DNA of 32,000 nucleotides, from positions 2,040,001 through 2,072,000 of the forward strand of contig CP060262.1 in NCBI GenBank assembly GCA_022646745.1, given 5' to 3'. A program made the position numbers and the translations under genes. Positions 1 to 9,436 of this stretch are shown here, one piece after another (positions within the stretch are counted from its first letter, which is position 1; each line of letters opens with the position of its first letter). Source of the DNA: Planctomycetales bacterium. GTDB taxonomy: Bacteria > 4484-113 > JAFGCY01. The notes below the pieces were generated by a model, which had not been told where the DNA came from, did not search any database, and saw only the letters and a list, made by a program, of their open reading frames with translations.

Positions 1-1
1 G

Positions 2-2215
2 GACCAGGCCGTACTGGACAGCTTCGAGATCATCTCCGCCAGCGGCAGCGCAAGCGCACAGGGCGGGGCGACCTTCGACCCGGTGCGCTTCAATGCCGAC
101 GTTGACATCCGCAGCTTCGATGTGCAGATCCTGACGGCGCTGGCCGGTGGCACGGCGCTCGGTGAACTGCGCGGCCAGCTCAACGGCAGCATCCGCGCCA
201 GCGGCGGCACGGAAAGCTACAGCGCCGATGGCGACATCACGCTCAACAAGGGCCGCTTCGGCGACGTTGACATCTCCGAGCTGAAGGCCAGCCTGCGCAC
301 CCATCCGGACGGGATCGAGATCACCGGCGCACGGCTCACGGCCAGCGGCACGACACTGACGGCCAGCGGCATCATCGCCAGTGACCTGAACCACAGCCGG
401 GTCAGCGCCAAGGCCGAGCAGATCGACCTGTCGCTGTTCAACCCGCTGATGCCCAAGGGTGGGGCGCAGCTGGACGGCATCGTCAGCCTCGATGCCAAGC
501 TCAGCCCGTCCAAGGGCAACTACCCGGACGTGGATGTCACGATCGCTGACAAGGGCAGCGGGATCACGGTGGACGGCAGCCGGATTGACAAGCTGACGGC
601 CAAGCTGACACTGCGTGGCGACCAGGCCACGCTCAACCCACTGCGCATCGAGAAGGGCGGCAGCAGCCTGAATGTGGGCGGCAAGCTGGACTTAAGCCAG
701 CTCAAGCCCGGCAGCCGGCGCATCCCGCTGGACCTGAGCGTCACCGCCGACAGCTTCCAGCTTGACGACATCGCCGGCTTCCTGCCGGATGAAGCGGCCA
801 GCCAGATGCCTGGTGGCAACATCACCTGCAACATGTCGGTGAAGGGCAACTCGCTCAGCCCGGTGATGAATGGTGAGCTGGCGCTGAACATCCTGCGCAT
901 GCCGCCTGCCCTGCCGCTGGACCTCGCTGAGCTGCGCGCGCAGTTCAGCATGAAGAACAACGAGTTCAGCATCCGCAGCATGGACCTCGTGCCGAATGAC
1001 AGCAGCTACTACGCCACACGCGTGACCGGCTCAGCCCGGCTGGCATTCAATCCGCCGCGGGTTGCGGACGGTTCCGTCTCGATCGTGTTCTCCGAAGGTG
1101 GCAACCATTCGCGCATCTCGCTGCGCACGCCGAACGCACGCGGTGACCAGGTGAAGGCCTTCGAGGGCACGCTCGGCGGCACGATCCAGCTGCGCACCAG
1201 CCAGGACCTCGTGCACCCGGATGACGCCGGCACGCAGATCTGGGTGATCAGCGGCAACCCGGTGATCAACGGTGGTAGCGGCGAGAGCAACTTCCGCTAC
1301 GCGCCGGGCCCGAAGCGCGAGCCAAGCTCCGCCAAGGTGCCGCTCCGCTTTGACAACCTGACCGTGATGGTGATGCCGGGATCCAAGTTCACCACCGGCG
1401 ACGGCCTGCTGGAGATGGACTCCGCGATCCACACCGAGCCGCCGGGACTCGTGATCAACGGCATCCCGAATGCGCTGCTGGCCTCTGACCAGCTCAGCAT
1501 CCGCGGCAACGTGATCCTCGACCGCGGCACGCTGCGCGCATTCACCAACACCATGCGGCTGGATGAGTCCAGGCAGAACCGCCTGCACTTCACCGGCATG
1601 ACCACGAACACCGGCCTGTTCCCCTACCTGACGGCGCGCGCCAGCACCACGCTGAAGGGTGCGCTGCGCAATGAGCAGCAGAATGCGCTCGGGCCGACCA
1701 ACAACGACCTGAAGGTCAACTTCGACTTTGACAACGTCCAGCTGGACCCGGAAAGCGACATCATGAGCAAGGTGCGCCTGACCAGTGAACCGCCACGCTC
1801 GCCGAACCAGATCAAGGTCTACCTGCTGGGCGGTGTCGGCACGCTGCTGTCCGGTGAAGGTGAGCTGTCCGACGTCGCCCGTGAGGAGCTGCTCGGGCTC
1901 GGTGGCAACTTCCTCAGCGGCCAGCTGGAGAAGGGACTGGGGCTGGACAGCGTGACGATCGCCGGCAGTGGTGACATCAACAACCCCTTCCATGTCGGCG
2001 CGGAGAAGGATGTCAACGACCGGCTGCGGGTGGGCTACTTCCGCGACTTCTACGACTCACTGGGCACCAGCGAGGAGATCAGCTTCAAGTACAAGCTGTT
2101 CGAGGAGCAGCTCGGCAGCCGCTACAAGGGCGTCAACCTGCAGTTCAACGTGAAGGACGACGCGCTGCAGGGCAGTGGCAGCGAGATCATGCTGCAGTAT
2201 ACTTTCTCATTCTGA
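2..2215 (+). CDS. TamB/AsmA-like envelope translocation-assembly protein, C-terminal part (5' end upstream of window)
   Basis: The frame is open from the window edge to TGA 2213-2215, so GTG 83 is only the first in-window start. The product is long, G/S/T/N/D/L-rich and low in charge, a beta-type sequence with iterated L.G.L.L.G segments and an aromatic C-terminus (LQYTFSF). It resembles the DUF490 end of TamB-like proteins. Family call by eye only. Confidence 0.55.
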   Translation, partial: DQAVLDSFEIISASGSASAQGGATFDPVRFNADVDIRSFDVQILTALAGGTALGELRGQLNGSIRASGGTESYSADGDITLNKGRFGDVDISELKASLRTHPDGIEITGARLTASGTTLTASGIIASDLNHSRVSAKAEQIDLSLFNPLMPKGGAQLDGIVSLDAKLSPSKGNYPDVDVTIADKGSGITVDGSRIDKLTAKLTLRGDQATLNPLRIEKGGSSLNVGGKLDLSQLKPGSRRIPLDLSVTADSFQLDDIAGFLPDEAASQMPGGNITCNMSVKGNSLSPVMNGELALNILRMPPALPLDLAELRAQFSMKNNEFSIRSMDLVPNDSSYYATRVTGSARLAFNPPRVADGSVSIVFSEGGNHSRISLRTPNARGDQVKAFEGTLGGTIQLRTSQDLVHPDDAGTQIWVISGNPVINGGSGESNFRYAPGPKREPSSAKVPLRFDNLTVMVMPGSKFTTGDGLLEMDSAIHTEPPGLVINGIPNALLASDQLSIRGNVILDRGTLRAFTNTMRLDESRQNRLHFTGMTTNTGLFPYLTARASTTLKGALRNEQQNALGPTNNDLKVNFDFDNVQLDPESDIMSKVRLTSEPPRSPNQIKVYLLGGVGTLLSGEGELSDVAREELLGLGGNFLSGQLEKGLGLDSVTIAGSGDINNPFHVGAEKDVNDRLRVGYFRDFYDSLGTSEEISFKYKLFEEQLGSRYKGVNLQFNVKDDALQGSGSEIMLQYTFSF

Positions 2216-2748
2216 TGCCGCGCCACCGCATAGATCGCACGCCGCGCAGCCGGCAGGGTGAGCTGCCCGGGCCGCCACGCTTCAGCACCCAGCAGCTGAC
2301 AATCGCCGTGGTCGTGGTGTTCGCACTGTTCATCGGGATTTCCTGGTTCCTGAGCAACTACACTCCCGGCAGGCTGTCGCCAGACCGCAGCTATGTGCTG
2401 CCGGCCGGCTGGCCCTTTCCGGGGCTGGTGCCGCCGCGCGGTTCACAGGCGGCAGTGAGTCCTGACTTCCTTGCCATCTCAACTGCAGCCAGCGGATTGA
2501 GCTTTGAGACCACGGAAGATGGCGAACTGAAGCGCGGCATCAGCTTTGAGCACTCCGCGGAGCCGCAGCGGGTGGTCGACTACTTCGGCGAGATGCTTGC
2601 GGAGGCGAAGTATGTCAACGGTGGGCGCAAGTCCACCGGGCGCAATTCGGAGAATGTGCTGGCCGTCTGGAATTCGGAATACGACAACATCTCGATCGTG
2701 CTCAGCGGATTCGAGGGCCGCTACGAACTGGTCGTGATCGGCAACTGA
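2215..2748 (+). CDS. hypothetical single-pass membrane protein, translationally coupled to upstream gene
   Basis: Its ATG overlaps the upstream stop (TGATG at 2213-2217). It has an Arg-rich N-terminus followed by one hydrophobic segment (LTIAVVVVFALFIGISWFL) and then a soluble domain with normal composition. No family recognised. Confidence 0.6.
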   Translation: MPRHRIDRTPRSRQGELPGPPRFSTQQLTIAVVVVFALFIGISWFLSNYTPGRLSPDRSYVLPAGWPFPGLVPPRGSQAAVSPDFLAISTAASGLSFETTEDGELKRGISFEHSAEPQRVVDYFGEMLAEAKYVNGGRKSTGRNSENVLAVWNSEYDNISIVLSGFEGRYELVVIGN

Positions 2749-2901
2749 GCCGGAAGGTTGCAGTTTGGTGGTTGGAATGGGGAGGTTTGAAGGGATAAGC
2801 TCGATCATTTCCACCAGGTTTCCTGAATCAGCGCAATAATGTAATGCCCCTGTCATTGTTCGACTGGTTTCGCAGGGAAAGCTGATACTGGACGGAACAC
2901 C

Positions 2902-4572
2902 TTGATCGCACCACGGATCCTCAGGGATCTCAAGACATATGACTTGCCGACCTTCCGCGCCGACCTGCTGGCCGGCCTGAGTGTCGGCGTCGTGGCCCTG
3001 CCGTTGGCGATGGCGTTTGCGATTGCCAGCGGCCTGCCGCCGGAGCGCGGCCTGTTCACGGCCATCGTGGCTGGCCTGCTGATATCCGCACTTGGGGGCA
3101 GCAGCGTGCAGATCGGCGGGCCGACCGGAGCCTTCGTGGTGATCGTGGCCGGCATCAGCGCGCAGTTCGGCTACAACGGCCTTGTAATGGCAACGCTGAT
3201 GGCCGGCCTGCTGCTCTTGCTGTTCGGCATCTGCCGGATGGGGGACATGATCCGCTACATCCCCTTTCCGGTGGTGACCGGCTTCACCGCCGGTATCGCG
3301 CTGATCATCGGCTTCACCCAGCTGCGTGACCTGCTCGGCCTGCGGATGGAATCCCCCTCCGCCGAGTTCCTGCCGCGCCTGGCCGAATACCTCGCAGCCC
3401 TGCCGACGATGCAGCCTGCCTCGCTGGTGCTCGGTGTGGCAACGATTGTGCTGGTGTCGCTGGGGCGGCGCTACCTGCCTAAGTTCCCCACGATGCTCGC
3501 CGTGCTGGTGCTCATCAGCCTGGCGGCGCACTTCCTCGGCAGCGGGGTTGAGACAATCGCATCGCGCTTCGGAGAACTGCCGCGAGCTCTGCCGGCGCCG
3601 GCATTCCCGCTGTTTGACTACGAAATGCTGCGCCAACTGGTCGGCCCGGCCTTCACGATCGCAATGCTGGCTGCGATTGAGTCCCTGCTCAGTGCGACCG
3701 TGGCGGACGGCATGACCGGCGAAAGCCATGACCCGAACACCGAGCTCGCTGCGCAGGGGATTGCCAACATCGGTTCCGTGCTGCTGGGTGGCATCCCGGC
3801 CACGGGCGCGATTGCCCGCACGGCCACGAATGTGCACTGCGGCGCGCGCACCCCTGTCGCCGGCATCATCCACGCCATCAGCCTGGCGCTCCTGCTGGCC
3901 CTGCTGGCGCCGCTGGCCGGGCATATCCCGCTTTGTGCGCTGGCCGGAATCCTGTGCGTGATCGCCTGGAACATGTCTGAGCGGCAGCACTTCGCCCGCA
4001 TCCTGCGCGCCCCGCGCTCCGACAGTGCAGTGCTTGTGATCACCTTCCTGCTGACCGTGCTGGTTGACCTGACAGTGGCCGTGGAAGTTGGCATCGTGCT
4101 GGCCAGCCTGCTGTTCATCCGGCGCATGTCGGAGGTTTCCACGATCACAAGCCCTGGACAGCGCCGCAGCACCGACCCGCTGCCGGATGAGCAGGCGGAT
4201 GCCGCCGAGCAGGAACTGCCCGACGGAGTGGAGGAGTATGAGGTGCAGGGGGCGTTCTTCTTCGGGGCCGCCAGCCGCTTCCGCGAGACCCTGTTCATCG
4301 CCGGCCGCTCATCCCGTGTCGTCATCCTGCGCATGCGCAATGTCCCGGTGATGGATGCCACCGGCAGCCACCTGCTGCGGGAGTTCGCCGAGTCCTGCCA
4401 CAGGGCCGGACGCCAGCTGGTGCTGTCAGGCGTAGCACCGCAGCCGCTGTCGGTGCTGCAGCGCAGCGGAATGCTGGAGCTGATCGGAGCTGACAATGTG
4501 CTGGCCAGCTACACCGATGCTGTGCAGCGGGCGCGAGAGATCATCGATGGCAGCGGGGCGGAACGCGAGTAG
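2902..4572 (+). CDS. SulP-family inorganic anion (sulfate/bicarbonate) transporter with C-terminal STAS domain
   Basis: The N-terminal block RADLLAGLSVGVVALPLAMAFAIASGLPPERGLFTAIVAGLLISALGGSSVQIGGPTGAF is a SulP signature, and there are many TM segments. The C-terminal part (YEVQGAFFFGAASRF...VVILRMRNVPVMDATGSHLL) is STAS-like. The TTG start at 2902 is the first start in the ORF. Confidence 0.9.
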   Translation: MIAPRILRDLKTYDLPTFRADLLAGLSVGVVALPLAMAFAIASGLPPERGLFTAIVAGLLISALGGSSVQIGGPTGAFVVIVAGISAQFGYNGLVMATLMAGLLLLLFGICRMGDMIRYIPFPVVTGFTAGIALIIGFTQLRDLLGLRMESPSAEFLPRLAEYLAALPTMQPASLVLGVATIVLVSLGRRYLPKFPTMLAVLVLISLAAHFLGSGVETIASRFGELPRALPAPAFPLFDYEMLRQLVGPAFTIAMLAAIESLLSATVADGMTGESHDPNTELAAQGIANIGSVLLGGIPATGAIARTATNVHCGARTPVAGIIHAISLALLLALLAPLAGHIPLCALAGILCVIAWNMSERQHFARILRAPRSDSAVLVITFLLTVLVDLTVAVEVGIVLASLLFIRRMSEVSTITSPGQRRSTDPLPDEQADAAEQELPDGVEEYEVQGAFFFGAASRFRETLFIAGRSSRVVILRMRNVPVMDATGSHLLREFAESCHRAGRQLVLSGVAPQPLSVLQRSGMLELIGADNVLASYTDAVQRAREIIDGSGAERE

Positions 4573-4600
4573 TCAGTGGTCAGTGGTCAGAAGGCAGCCG
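4573..4600 (+). repeat. phased heptad array directly after SulP stop
   Basis: Units TCAGTGG TCAGTGG TCAGAAG GCAGCCG start at the base after TAG 4570-4572. This is the same CAGTGGN-type unit seen at 9461-9502, 11372-11434 and 29661-29702. Confidence 0.6.
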
Positions 4601-4646
4601 GCTTGTACCGTGCATCCGCTACAACCCACAACCTATGTCCCAGCTC

Positions 4647-5942
4647 CTAGTACGCCCCTTTCCTTGACAACACGGCGGGGATCGTGCGCAGGATGATCAA
4701 GAGGTCGAGCCCGAGGCTCCAGTTGTTGATGTAGTGCAGGTCGAAGTCGATGCGCTGCTGGTAGCTTGTGTCGCTTCTTCCACTGACCTGCCACAGCCCG
4801 GTCAGGCCCGGCGGCACGGTCAGCAAGAGCGTGGCCCACTGGCCGTACTTCTCCTGTTCCTTCTCGACGATCGCGCGCGGGCCGACCAGTGAGCAGTCGC
4901 CGCGAATGATGTTGATCAGCTGCGGCAGCTCATCGAGGCTGGTCTTGCGCATGATGCTGCCCCACTTCGTGATGCGCGGGTCGTGCTTCAGCTTGTACTT
5001 GTCGTCAAAGCCGTCAAGGTCCACCTTAACCTGCGCCGCGTTGGCAATCATCGAACGGAACTTCACGGCGCGGAAGCGGCGGCCGAACAGGCCCATCCGC
5101 TCGTGCGAGAAGAACACCGGCCCGGGCATCGTGACGAGGATGCCGAGGATGCACACCAGCCACAGCGGCAAGGTGAGGACCAGCAGCAGCGTGCCGAACA
5201 GCACGTCCACCACGCGCTTGATGCGGCGCATCTGCTCAAGGTCCGCGCTGTTCTTGACGTTCAGCACAGCCACGCCCTCGAGGTTGGCAACCGACAGCGC
5301 GCCCTGGGTGGAGGCCCGTGGCAGCAGGCTGATGCCGGCCCGCGGCGGGCTGTTGCCGAGCCGTTGCCACAGCGCTTCGGACTGGGCGGAGTCGCAGAAG
5401 ATCCAGTCGTAGCCATCCTCCGGCAATTGGCTGGCATCCTCGAAGTGGCCCGCCAGGCGGAAGCGCCCGCGGCCGGCCTCAAGCTGGCGCACGAGGTAGT
5501 CCGCCAGTTCGCTGCGTCCGAGCACGACGGCGGTGGCCCGGCCACCGAGCAGGCGGCGGCGGATGCGTCGTGTTGCCATCAGCAGCAGCCAGCTGAGGAA
5601 CACTGCCAGCAGCAGTGCCAGGCGGCTGTCCGGCAGCTCACGCATCGTGAAGGTCAGGATGATCGTGGCAACCAGTCCCTCGGCGACGGAATGCGTCAGT
5701 GAGGCCAGCTCGGCGGAGAAGTCCTGCTTGAGCCGTGCGTAGTACAGGCCGTGCAGGGAGAAGATGAACAGCCACAGCGGCAGCGAGTAGACGGCGAGCC
5801 GCATCCAGTCGGCCTGCGGGATGTCTCCGAGCGGCGCCGCGATCCAGCCGCTGCCGAAGCGGGCGAAGTGCGCCAGCCAGTAGCCGGCGAGGATCGCCAG
5901 TGCATCCACCAGGAGCAGGATCAGCTGTGGCCCGCGGGGCAT
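4647..5942 (-). CDS. polyprenyl-phosphate glycosyl-1-phosphate transferase (bacterial sugar transferase, WbaP/EPS-priming type)
   Basis: The C-terminal domain (KFRSM...KLKHDPRITKWGSIMRKTSLDELPQLINIIRGDCSLVGPRA...PPGLTGLWQVSGRSD) is the Bac_transf signature. It is preceded by 4-5 N-terminal TM segments. Confidence 0.9.
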   Translation of the reverse strand: MPRGPQLILLLVDALAILAGYWLAHFARFGSGWIAAPLGDIPQADWMRLAVYSLPLWLFIFSLHGLYYARLKQDFSAELASLTHSVAEGLVATIILTFTMRELPDSRLALLLAVFLSWLLLMATRRIRRRLLGGRATAVVLGRSELADYLVRQLEAGRGRFRLAGHFEDASQLPEDGYDWIFCDSAQSEALWQRLGNSPPRAGISLLPRASTQGALSVANLEGVAVLNVKNSADLEQMRRIKRVVDVLFGTLLLVLTLPLWLVCILGILVTMPGPVFFSHERMGLFGRRFRAVKFRSMIANAAQVKVDLDGFDDKYKLKHDPRITKWGSIMRKTSLDELPQLINIIRGDCSLVGPRAIVEKEQEKYGQWATLLLTVPPGLTGLWQVSGRSDTSYQQRIDFDLHYINNWSLGLDLLIILRTIPAVLSRKGAY

Positions 5943-5948
5943 GGGAGT

Positions 5949-5954
5949 ATTTTA
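5949..5954 (-). promoter_or_regulatory. candidate -10 box (TAAAAT) 6 nt upstream of sugar-transferase ATG
   Basis: The minus strand reads cccc TAAAAT actccc ATG. There is no SD between box and start, which fits a leaderless transcript. Confidence 0.25.
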
Positions 5955-5962
5955 GGGGAAGT

Positions 5963-5998
5963 GGGAATAGTTGGCGTAGTTTGAATAGTATTAATAGT
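5963..5998 (+). repeat. 9-nt periodic AATAGT array (4 units)
   Basis: Units GGGAATAGT TGGCGTAGT TTGAATAGT ATTAATAGT. The array is AT-rich in a GC-rich context and is inverted relative to the array at 6121-6149. Confidence 0.55.
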
Positions 5999-6120
5999 TC
6001 AGGGTGCCAGACATCAGCTTTCAGGGAAGAAGCAAGGCAGTACGTTGCCAAAGACTGATCTCGTGGTAACGGGTAACTTCGGAAGACAAGGATTCTCTGC
6101 TTCCCAATCCCAGATGGATT

Positions 6121-6149
6121 CCACTATTCGCACTATTCAGACTGTTAAG
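6121..6149 (-). repeat. 9-nt periodic AATAGT array (3 units, minus orientation)
   Basis: The plus strand reads ccACTATTCGC ACTATTCAG ACTGTTAAG, which is minus-strand CTTAACAGT CTGAATAGT GCGAATAGT. It lies just 3' of the GGAG/TGCGCA hairpin, as at 11471-11506 and 15040-15092. Confidence 0.55.
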
Positions 6150-6155
6150 ACGTGT

Positions 6156-6184
6156 CATTGTGCGCAAGCAAGTTGCGCACCTCC
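6156..6184 (-). repeat. GGAG/TGCGCA hairpin module (copy 1 of 4)
   Basis: The minus strand reads GGAGGTGCGCAACTTGCTTGCGCACAATG. Its first G is the last base of the stop codon TAG (6184-6186) of the upstream gene. The stem is 8 bp (GTGCGCAA/TTGCGCAC) around a 5-nt loop. Confidence 0.8.
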
Positions 6185-7095
6185 TAGCCGCCCTGTTCCG
6201 CCTGCTGCAGCTGCATTGCCAGGCGCTGCAGCATGCCGTTGAGCTGCGGCTGGTTCAGCGCTGCAATCTCCTGCATGATGCGGCCGGCCTCGCGCCGGTC
6301 GCCGCTCTGCAGCATCGCCTGCAGCAGGTTGAAGCCGACATTCGGGCCATGCACCTTCAGGTCGTACACCGGCAGTACCAGCTCCAGCATCTCGGCGGCC
6401 AGTCCGGCGCGTCCGAGGATGCCGCTCACCGCCAGCAGCGATTCCGCCGGACGTGCCTTGCCGGCCTCGATCGCCTCGGCAAGGGTCAGCAGAGCAGAGC
6501 CCTTGGCATCATCCTTCAGGTCAACCTCGGCCAGGCGTACGCGCGCCATGTAGGCTCCGGGAAGCTCAGCCACCTTCTCAAGCGCGTCAACGTAGGCATC
6601 CTCACCGCCGGTGCGGCCGGCGATACCGGCGTACCAGTACAGCGCGTTCTCCATGTTCGGCTCATGCTCCAGCGCTTCCCAGAGCAGCGCGCTGACCTCC
6701 GGTTCCGTCTCCGTGCCGGCCTTCTGCGCCGCCACCTGGGCCTGGTTGACGAGGATCACCGCACTCTTGCCGTGCGCCTTGATGTGGTCCTCCAGCAGCT
6801 TGCCGGCATTGGCGGCCGCCCCGTTGTGGATCAGGGCCTGGCTGTACAGCGCGGTGCCGCGGATCGGGTCGTCGTCAATCTCGAACAGGTGCTTGGCAGC
6901 CTCCAGCACCTCGCGGAACATGCGGTGCGTGAAGCCGTCCATGATCAGGTTGGCAAGCTCGCGCGGCTCATCCCAGGCTGCCTTCAGGTTGTCAGGCAGG
7001 ATCTCCGTGCGCCAGGCCTCGCGGTCCACCTGCAGGGGCAGGCCGTTGCCAAGCCGGATCGTGATCTGGTTTTCCTGTTGTGGCGTGCTGTCCAT
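6184..7095 (-). CDS. hypothetical helical-repeat (TPR-like) protein, paralogue of 7096-8097
   Basis: Amino-acid composition is balanced, unlike the R/L/A/H-rich plus-strand shadow ORFs. It shares these blocks with its neighbour: NxENxLxWYA, PVY(D/N)xxxHGPxVGxNLxQAM and ALNxPQ(L/F)N. Confidence 0.75.
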   Translation of the reverse strand: MDSTPQQENQITIRLGNGLPLQVDREAWRTEILPDNLKAAWDEPRELANLIMDGFTHRMFREVLEAAKHLFEIDDDPIRGTALYSQALIHNGAAANAGKLLEDHIKAHGKSAVILVNQAQVAAQKAGTETEPEVSALLWEALEHEPNMENALYWYAGIAGRTGGEDAYVDALEKVAELPGAYMARVRLAEVDLKDDAKGSALLTLAEAIEAGKARPAESLLAVSGILGRAGLAAEMLELVLPVYDLKVHGPNVGFNLLQAMLQSGDRREAGRIMQEIAALNQPQLNGMLQRLAMQLQQAEQGG

Positions 7096-8097
7096 CTACT
7101 GCTCACCGCCTTCGCCGGCCTCAGCATCACCGGCGTCCTCGTCCTCGATCCCGGCAGCCGCGTTGAACATCTGCCACCAGGGCTTCATGCGCCGCTCCTC
7201 CTGCTTGTCCATCGTGTCGAGGTACTCATTGAACTGCGGGTTGTTCAACGCGCGGATCGGCTTGACGATCTGGCGGGCGTCACTGTGGCGCCCGGCATCG
7301 GTCATTGCCTGGGCTAGGTTCATGCCGACGTATGGCCCATGCTTCTGGAAGTTGTACACCGGCGCCAGCATGTCGATCATCTCCTCGGTGAGGTGGTACT
7401 GCGCCATCGCGGAGCTGATCCCCAGCAGGATGTTGCCATCCCGGCGGGCCAGGTCGAGGATCGACTCGTACAGCTCGATCGCGCCCTCGTTGTCACCTTC
7501 CTCCAGCAGGATCCCGCCGAGGCGGATCTGCGGCAGGAAGCTGCCCGGGAAGTCACAGGCTTCACGCAGGCGGGCCTTCAGCCCGTCCATGCCGTCCTTC
7601 TTCTTCCCGTCCAGCGCGTACCAGTGCAGGGTGTTCTCGTTGTTGGGGCTGAGCTTCAGCGCCTCACGCAGCTGCTCGCTGACGTCGGCGTCCTTGTTGC
7701 GCTCCACCATCAGCTTGGCCTTGCCAGCCAGCATGTTGCCCGTCGGGCCGGCCACATCGATGAATTCATCGATCAGCTGCTCGCACTCATCGAGCTTGCC
7801 GAGCCTCAGCAGCACGTGCGCCAGCAGGCTGGTGCCGCGCTCGAGGTTGCGGTCGATCTCCTGCAGGTGCCAGGCGGCCTGCTCGATCTCAGCGTAGAAG
7901 CCCCCCTGGACAGCCTGCTGCAGCAGTGCGAACAGGGCATCCGGGTTCTTCCAGTGCAGCTTCACGTTCTGTGGGATAACGTGCTTGGCCCACTGTTCGC
8001 GGGAGAAGCGCACGCGCTGGCCCTTGTCGTTGAATGCGTAAAGGAACTGCTCCTGCGGTTCCTGCTTCGCCGTATCTGTTGGTGTCTGATCGCTCAT
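7096..8097 (-). CDS. hypothetical helical-repeat (TPR-like) protein, paralogue of 6184-7095
   Basis: I take the start as ATG 8097 (MSDQTPTDTAKQEPQ...). The longer track ORF up to 9291 is antisense to the acyl-CoA dehydrogenase gene. The stop at 7096-7098 abuts the ATG of the next gene (7093-7095). Confidence 0.75.
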   Translation of the reverse strand: MSDQTPTDTAKQEPQEQFLYAFNDKGQRVRFSREQWAKHVIPQNVKLHWKNPDALFALLQQAVQGGFYAEIEQAAWHLQEIDRNLERGTSLLAHVLLRLGKLDECEQLIDEFIDVAGPTGNMLAGKAKLMVERNKDADVSEQLREALKLSPNNENTLHWYALDGKKKDGMDGLKARLREACDFPGSFLPQIRLGGILLEEGDNEGAIELYESILDLARRDGNILLGISSAMAQYHLTEEMIDMLAPVYNFQKHGPYVGMNLAQAMTDAGRHSDARQIVKPIRALNNPQFNEYLDTMDKQEERRMKPWWQMFNAAAGIEDEDAGDAEAGEGGEQ

Positions 8098-8217
8098 TTG
8101 TTTCTCGCTGGATTGCAGGAATAGAACCTTACCAGCTACCGCGGGCTTTTGCCATTGCCGGGCAGTAAAGCACAAAGGGGGTCCAATGCCGCTTTGTACC
8201 GGGCGGTGCAGACTGCT

Positions 8218-8226
8218 TGCTAGAAT
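8218..8226 (+). promoter_or_regulatory. candidate extended -10 box TGCTAGAAT
   Basis: It matches TGnTAnAAT and sits 27 nt upstream of ATG 8254, in the 150-nt divergent spacer. Confidence 0.3.
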
Positions 8227-8253
8227 ATTCCGACCAACAGGACCGGTGTGAAC

Positions 8254-9435
8254 ATGAGCGAAATCGACAGTCAGTTCCTCATTCCGTTTACGGATGAGCA
8301 TGAAATGGTGCGTGAGACCGTGCGGGGGCTGGTCAACGACCGCATCGCCCCGCGCGCCATAAGCCTCGACGAGAGCCATGCGTTCCCGCATGAGGCGATG
8401 CAGGAACTGGCTGAGCTTGACCTGCTGGGCATCTACGTGCCTGAGGAATTCGGCGGGGCCGGGATGGACTTCGTGGCCTACGTGATCACGATGGAGGAGC
8501 TGGGCCGCGGCTGTGGTTCCACTGCGCTGACCTATACTGCACACACCGGACTGTGCATCACCCCGATCACCATCCTCGCCAGTGATGAGCAGAAGAAGCG
8601 CTGGCTGCCGGAGCTGTGCAGCGGCAAGAAATACGGCTGCTTCGGCCTCAGTGAGCCGGGCAGCGGTACCGATGCCGGTTCGCTGACCACCACCGCCGTG
8701 CGCGACGGCGACGACTACATCATCAACGGCACGAAGATGTGGATCACCAACGGCAAGTATGCCGGATATATGGTGACCACCTGCAAGACGGACCCCTCCC
8801 AGGGCCGCGGCAAGGGCATCAGCTCGCTTGTGGTGCCGATGGATTCCCCCGGCGTGAGCGTGATCAAGGAGGAGGACAAGCTTGGCCTGCGGGCCAGCTC
8901 CACCGCCCAGGTGTTCCTCGATAACGTACGCGTGCCGGCGGAGAACCTGATCGGTGAGGAGAATGACGGCTTCCCGGCCTTCATGAAGACGCTTGAGGGC
9001 GGGCGCATCGCGATTGCCGCGATGGCACTCGGCCTGGCGCAGAGCGCCTATGAGCGCAGCATCGAGTACGCCAAGCAGCGTGAGACCTTCGGCCGTCCTC
9101 TGGCCGGGCACCAGACGATCCAGAACTACCTCGCCGACATGGCGATGAAGATCGAGGCAGCCCGCCTGCTGGTCTACCGCGCGGCCTTCATGAAGGACGC
9201 CGGCCTGCCCTTCGGCAAGGAAGCCAGCATGGCCAAGCTGTTCACCACCGAGATGGCGATGGAAGTCACGAGCAATGCGATCCAGGTCCACGGCGGCTAC
9301 GGTTATGTGCGTGAGTTCGAGGTGGAGCGCATCTGGCGTGACGCCAAGCTGTGTACTATCGGAGAGGGCACAAGTGAGATCCAGCAGGTGATCATCGCCC
9401 GCAACATCCTCGGAGACGCGGCCAAGGCCGTCTGA
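8254..9435 (+). CDS. acyl-CoA dehydrogenase (short/branched-chain type)
   Basis: Full-length ACAD: FGLSEPGSGTDAGSL, KMWITNG, and the C-terminal QVHGGYGYVREFEVERIWRDAKLCTIGEGTSEIQ signature. GTG 8248 is an alternative start two codons upstream. Confidence 0.9.
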   Translation: MSEIDSQFLIPFTDEHEMVRETVRGLVNDRIAPRAISLDESHAFPHEAMQELAELDLLGIYVPEEFGGAGMDFVAYVITMEELGRGCGSTALTYTAHTGLCITPITILASDEQKKRWLPELCSGKKYGCFGLSEPGSGTDAGSLTTTAVRDGDDYIINGTKMWITNGKYAGYMVTTCKTDPSQGRGKGISSLVVPMDSPGVSVIKEEDKLGLRASSTAQVFLDNVRVPAENLIGEENDGFPAFMKTLEGGRIAIAAMALGLAQSAYERSIEYAKQRETFGRPLAGHQTIQNYLADMAMKIEAARLLVYRAAFMKDAGLPFGKEASMAKLFTTEMAMEVTSNAIQVHGGYGYVREFEVERIWRDAKLCTIGEGTSEIQQVIIARNILGDAAKAV

Positions 9436-9436
9436 T

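Noticed and set aside
1031-1993. 320-aa minus-strand ORF
   Set aside because: It is antisense to the TamB-like gene and is a shadow ORF.
2479-3990. 503-aa minus-strand ORF
   Set aside because: It is antisense to the SulP transporter and has an extreme R/Q/H/G composition, so I treat it as a shadow ORF.
6045-6242. Apparently conserved peptide HCAQ(A/T/S)SCAPP encoded across the GGAG/TGCGCA modules in several small ORFs
   Set aside because: The conservation is a by-product of the conserved 29-nt DNA module. The flanking heptad arrays cannot keep a reading frame, and the ORFs differ in length and context.
6160-7897. Plus-strand ORFs 6160-7317 and 6611-7897
   Set aside because: They are antisense to the two helical-repeat genes and have L/R/A/H or S/R-rich composition. 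The minus-strand products are mutually homologous and look like proteins.
8098-9291. N-terminal 398 codons of the 731-aa minus-strand ORF 7096-9291
   Set aside because: This part is antisense to the acyl-CoA dehydrogenase gene and has shadow-type composition. The paralogue alignment and sequence character begin at ATG 8097.
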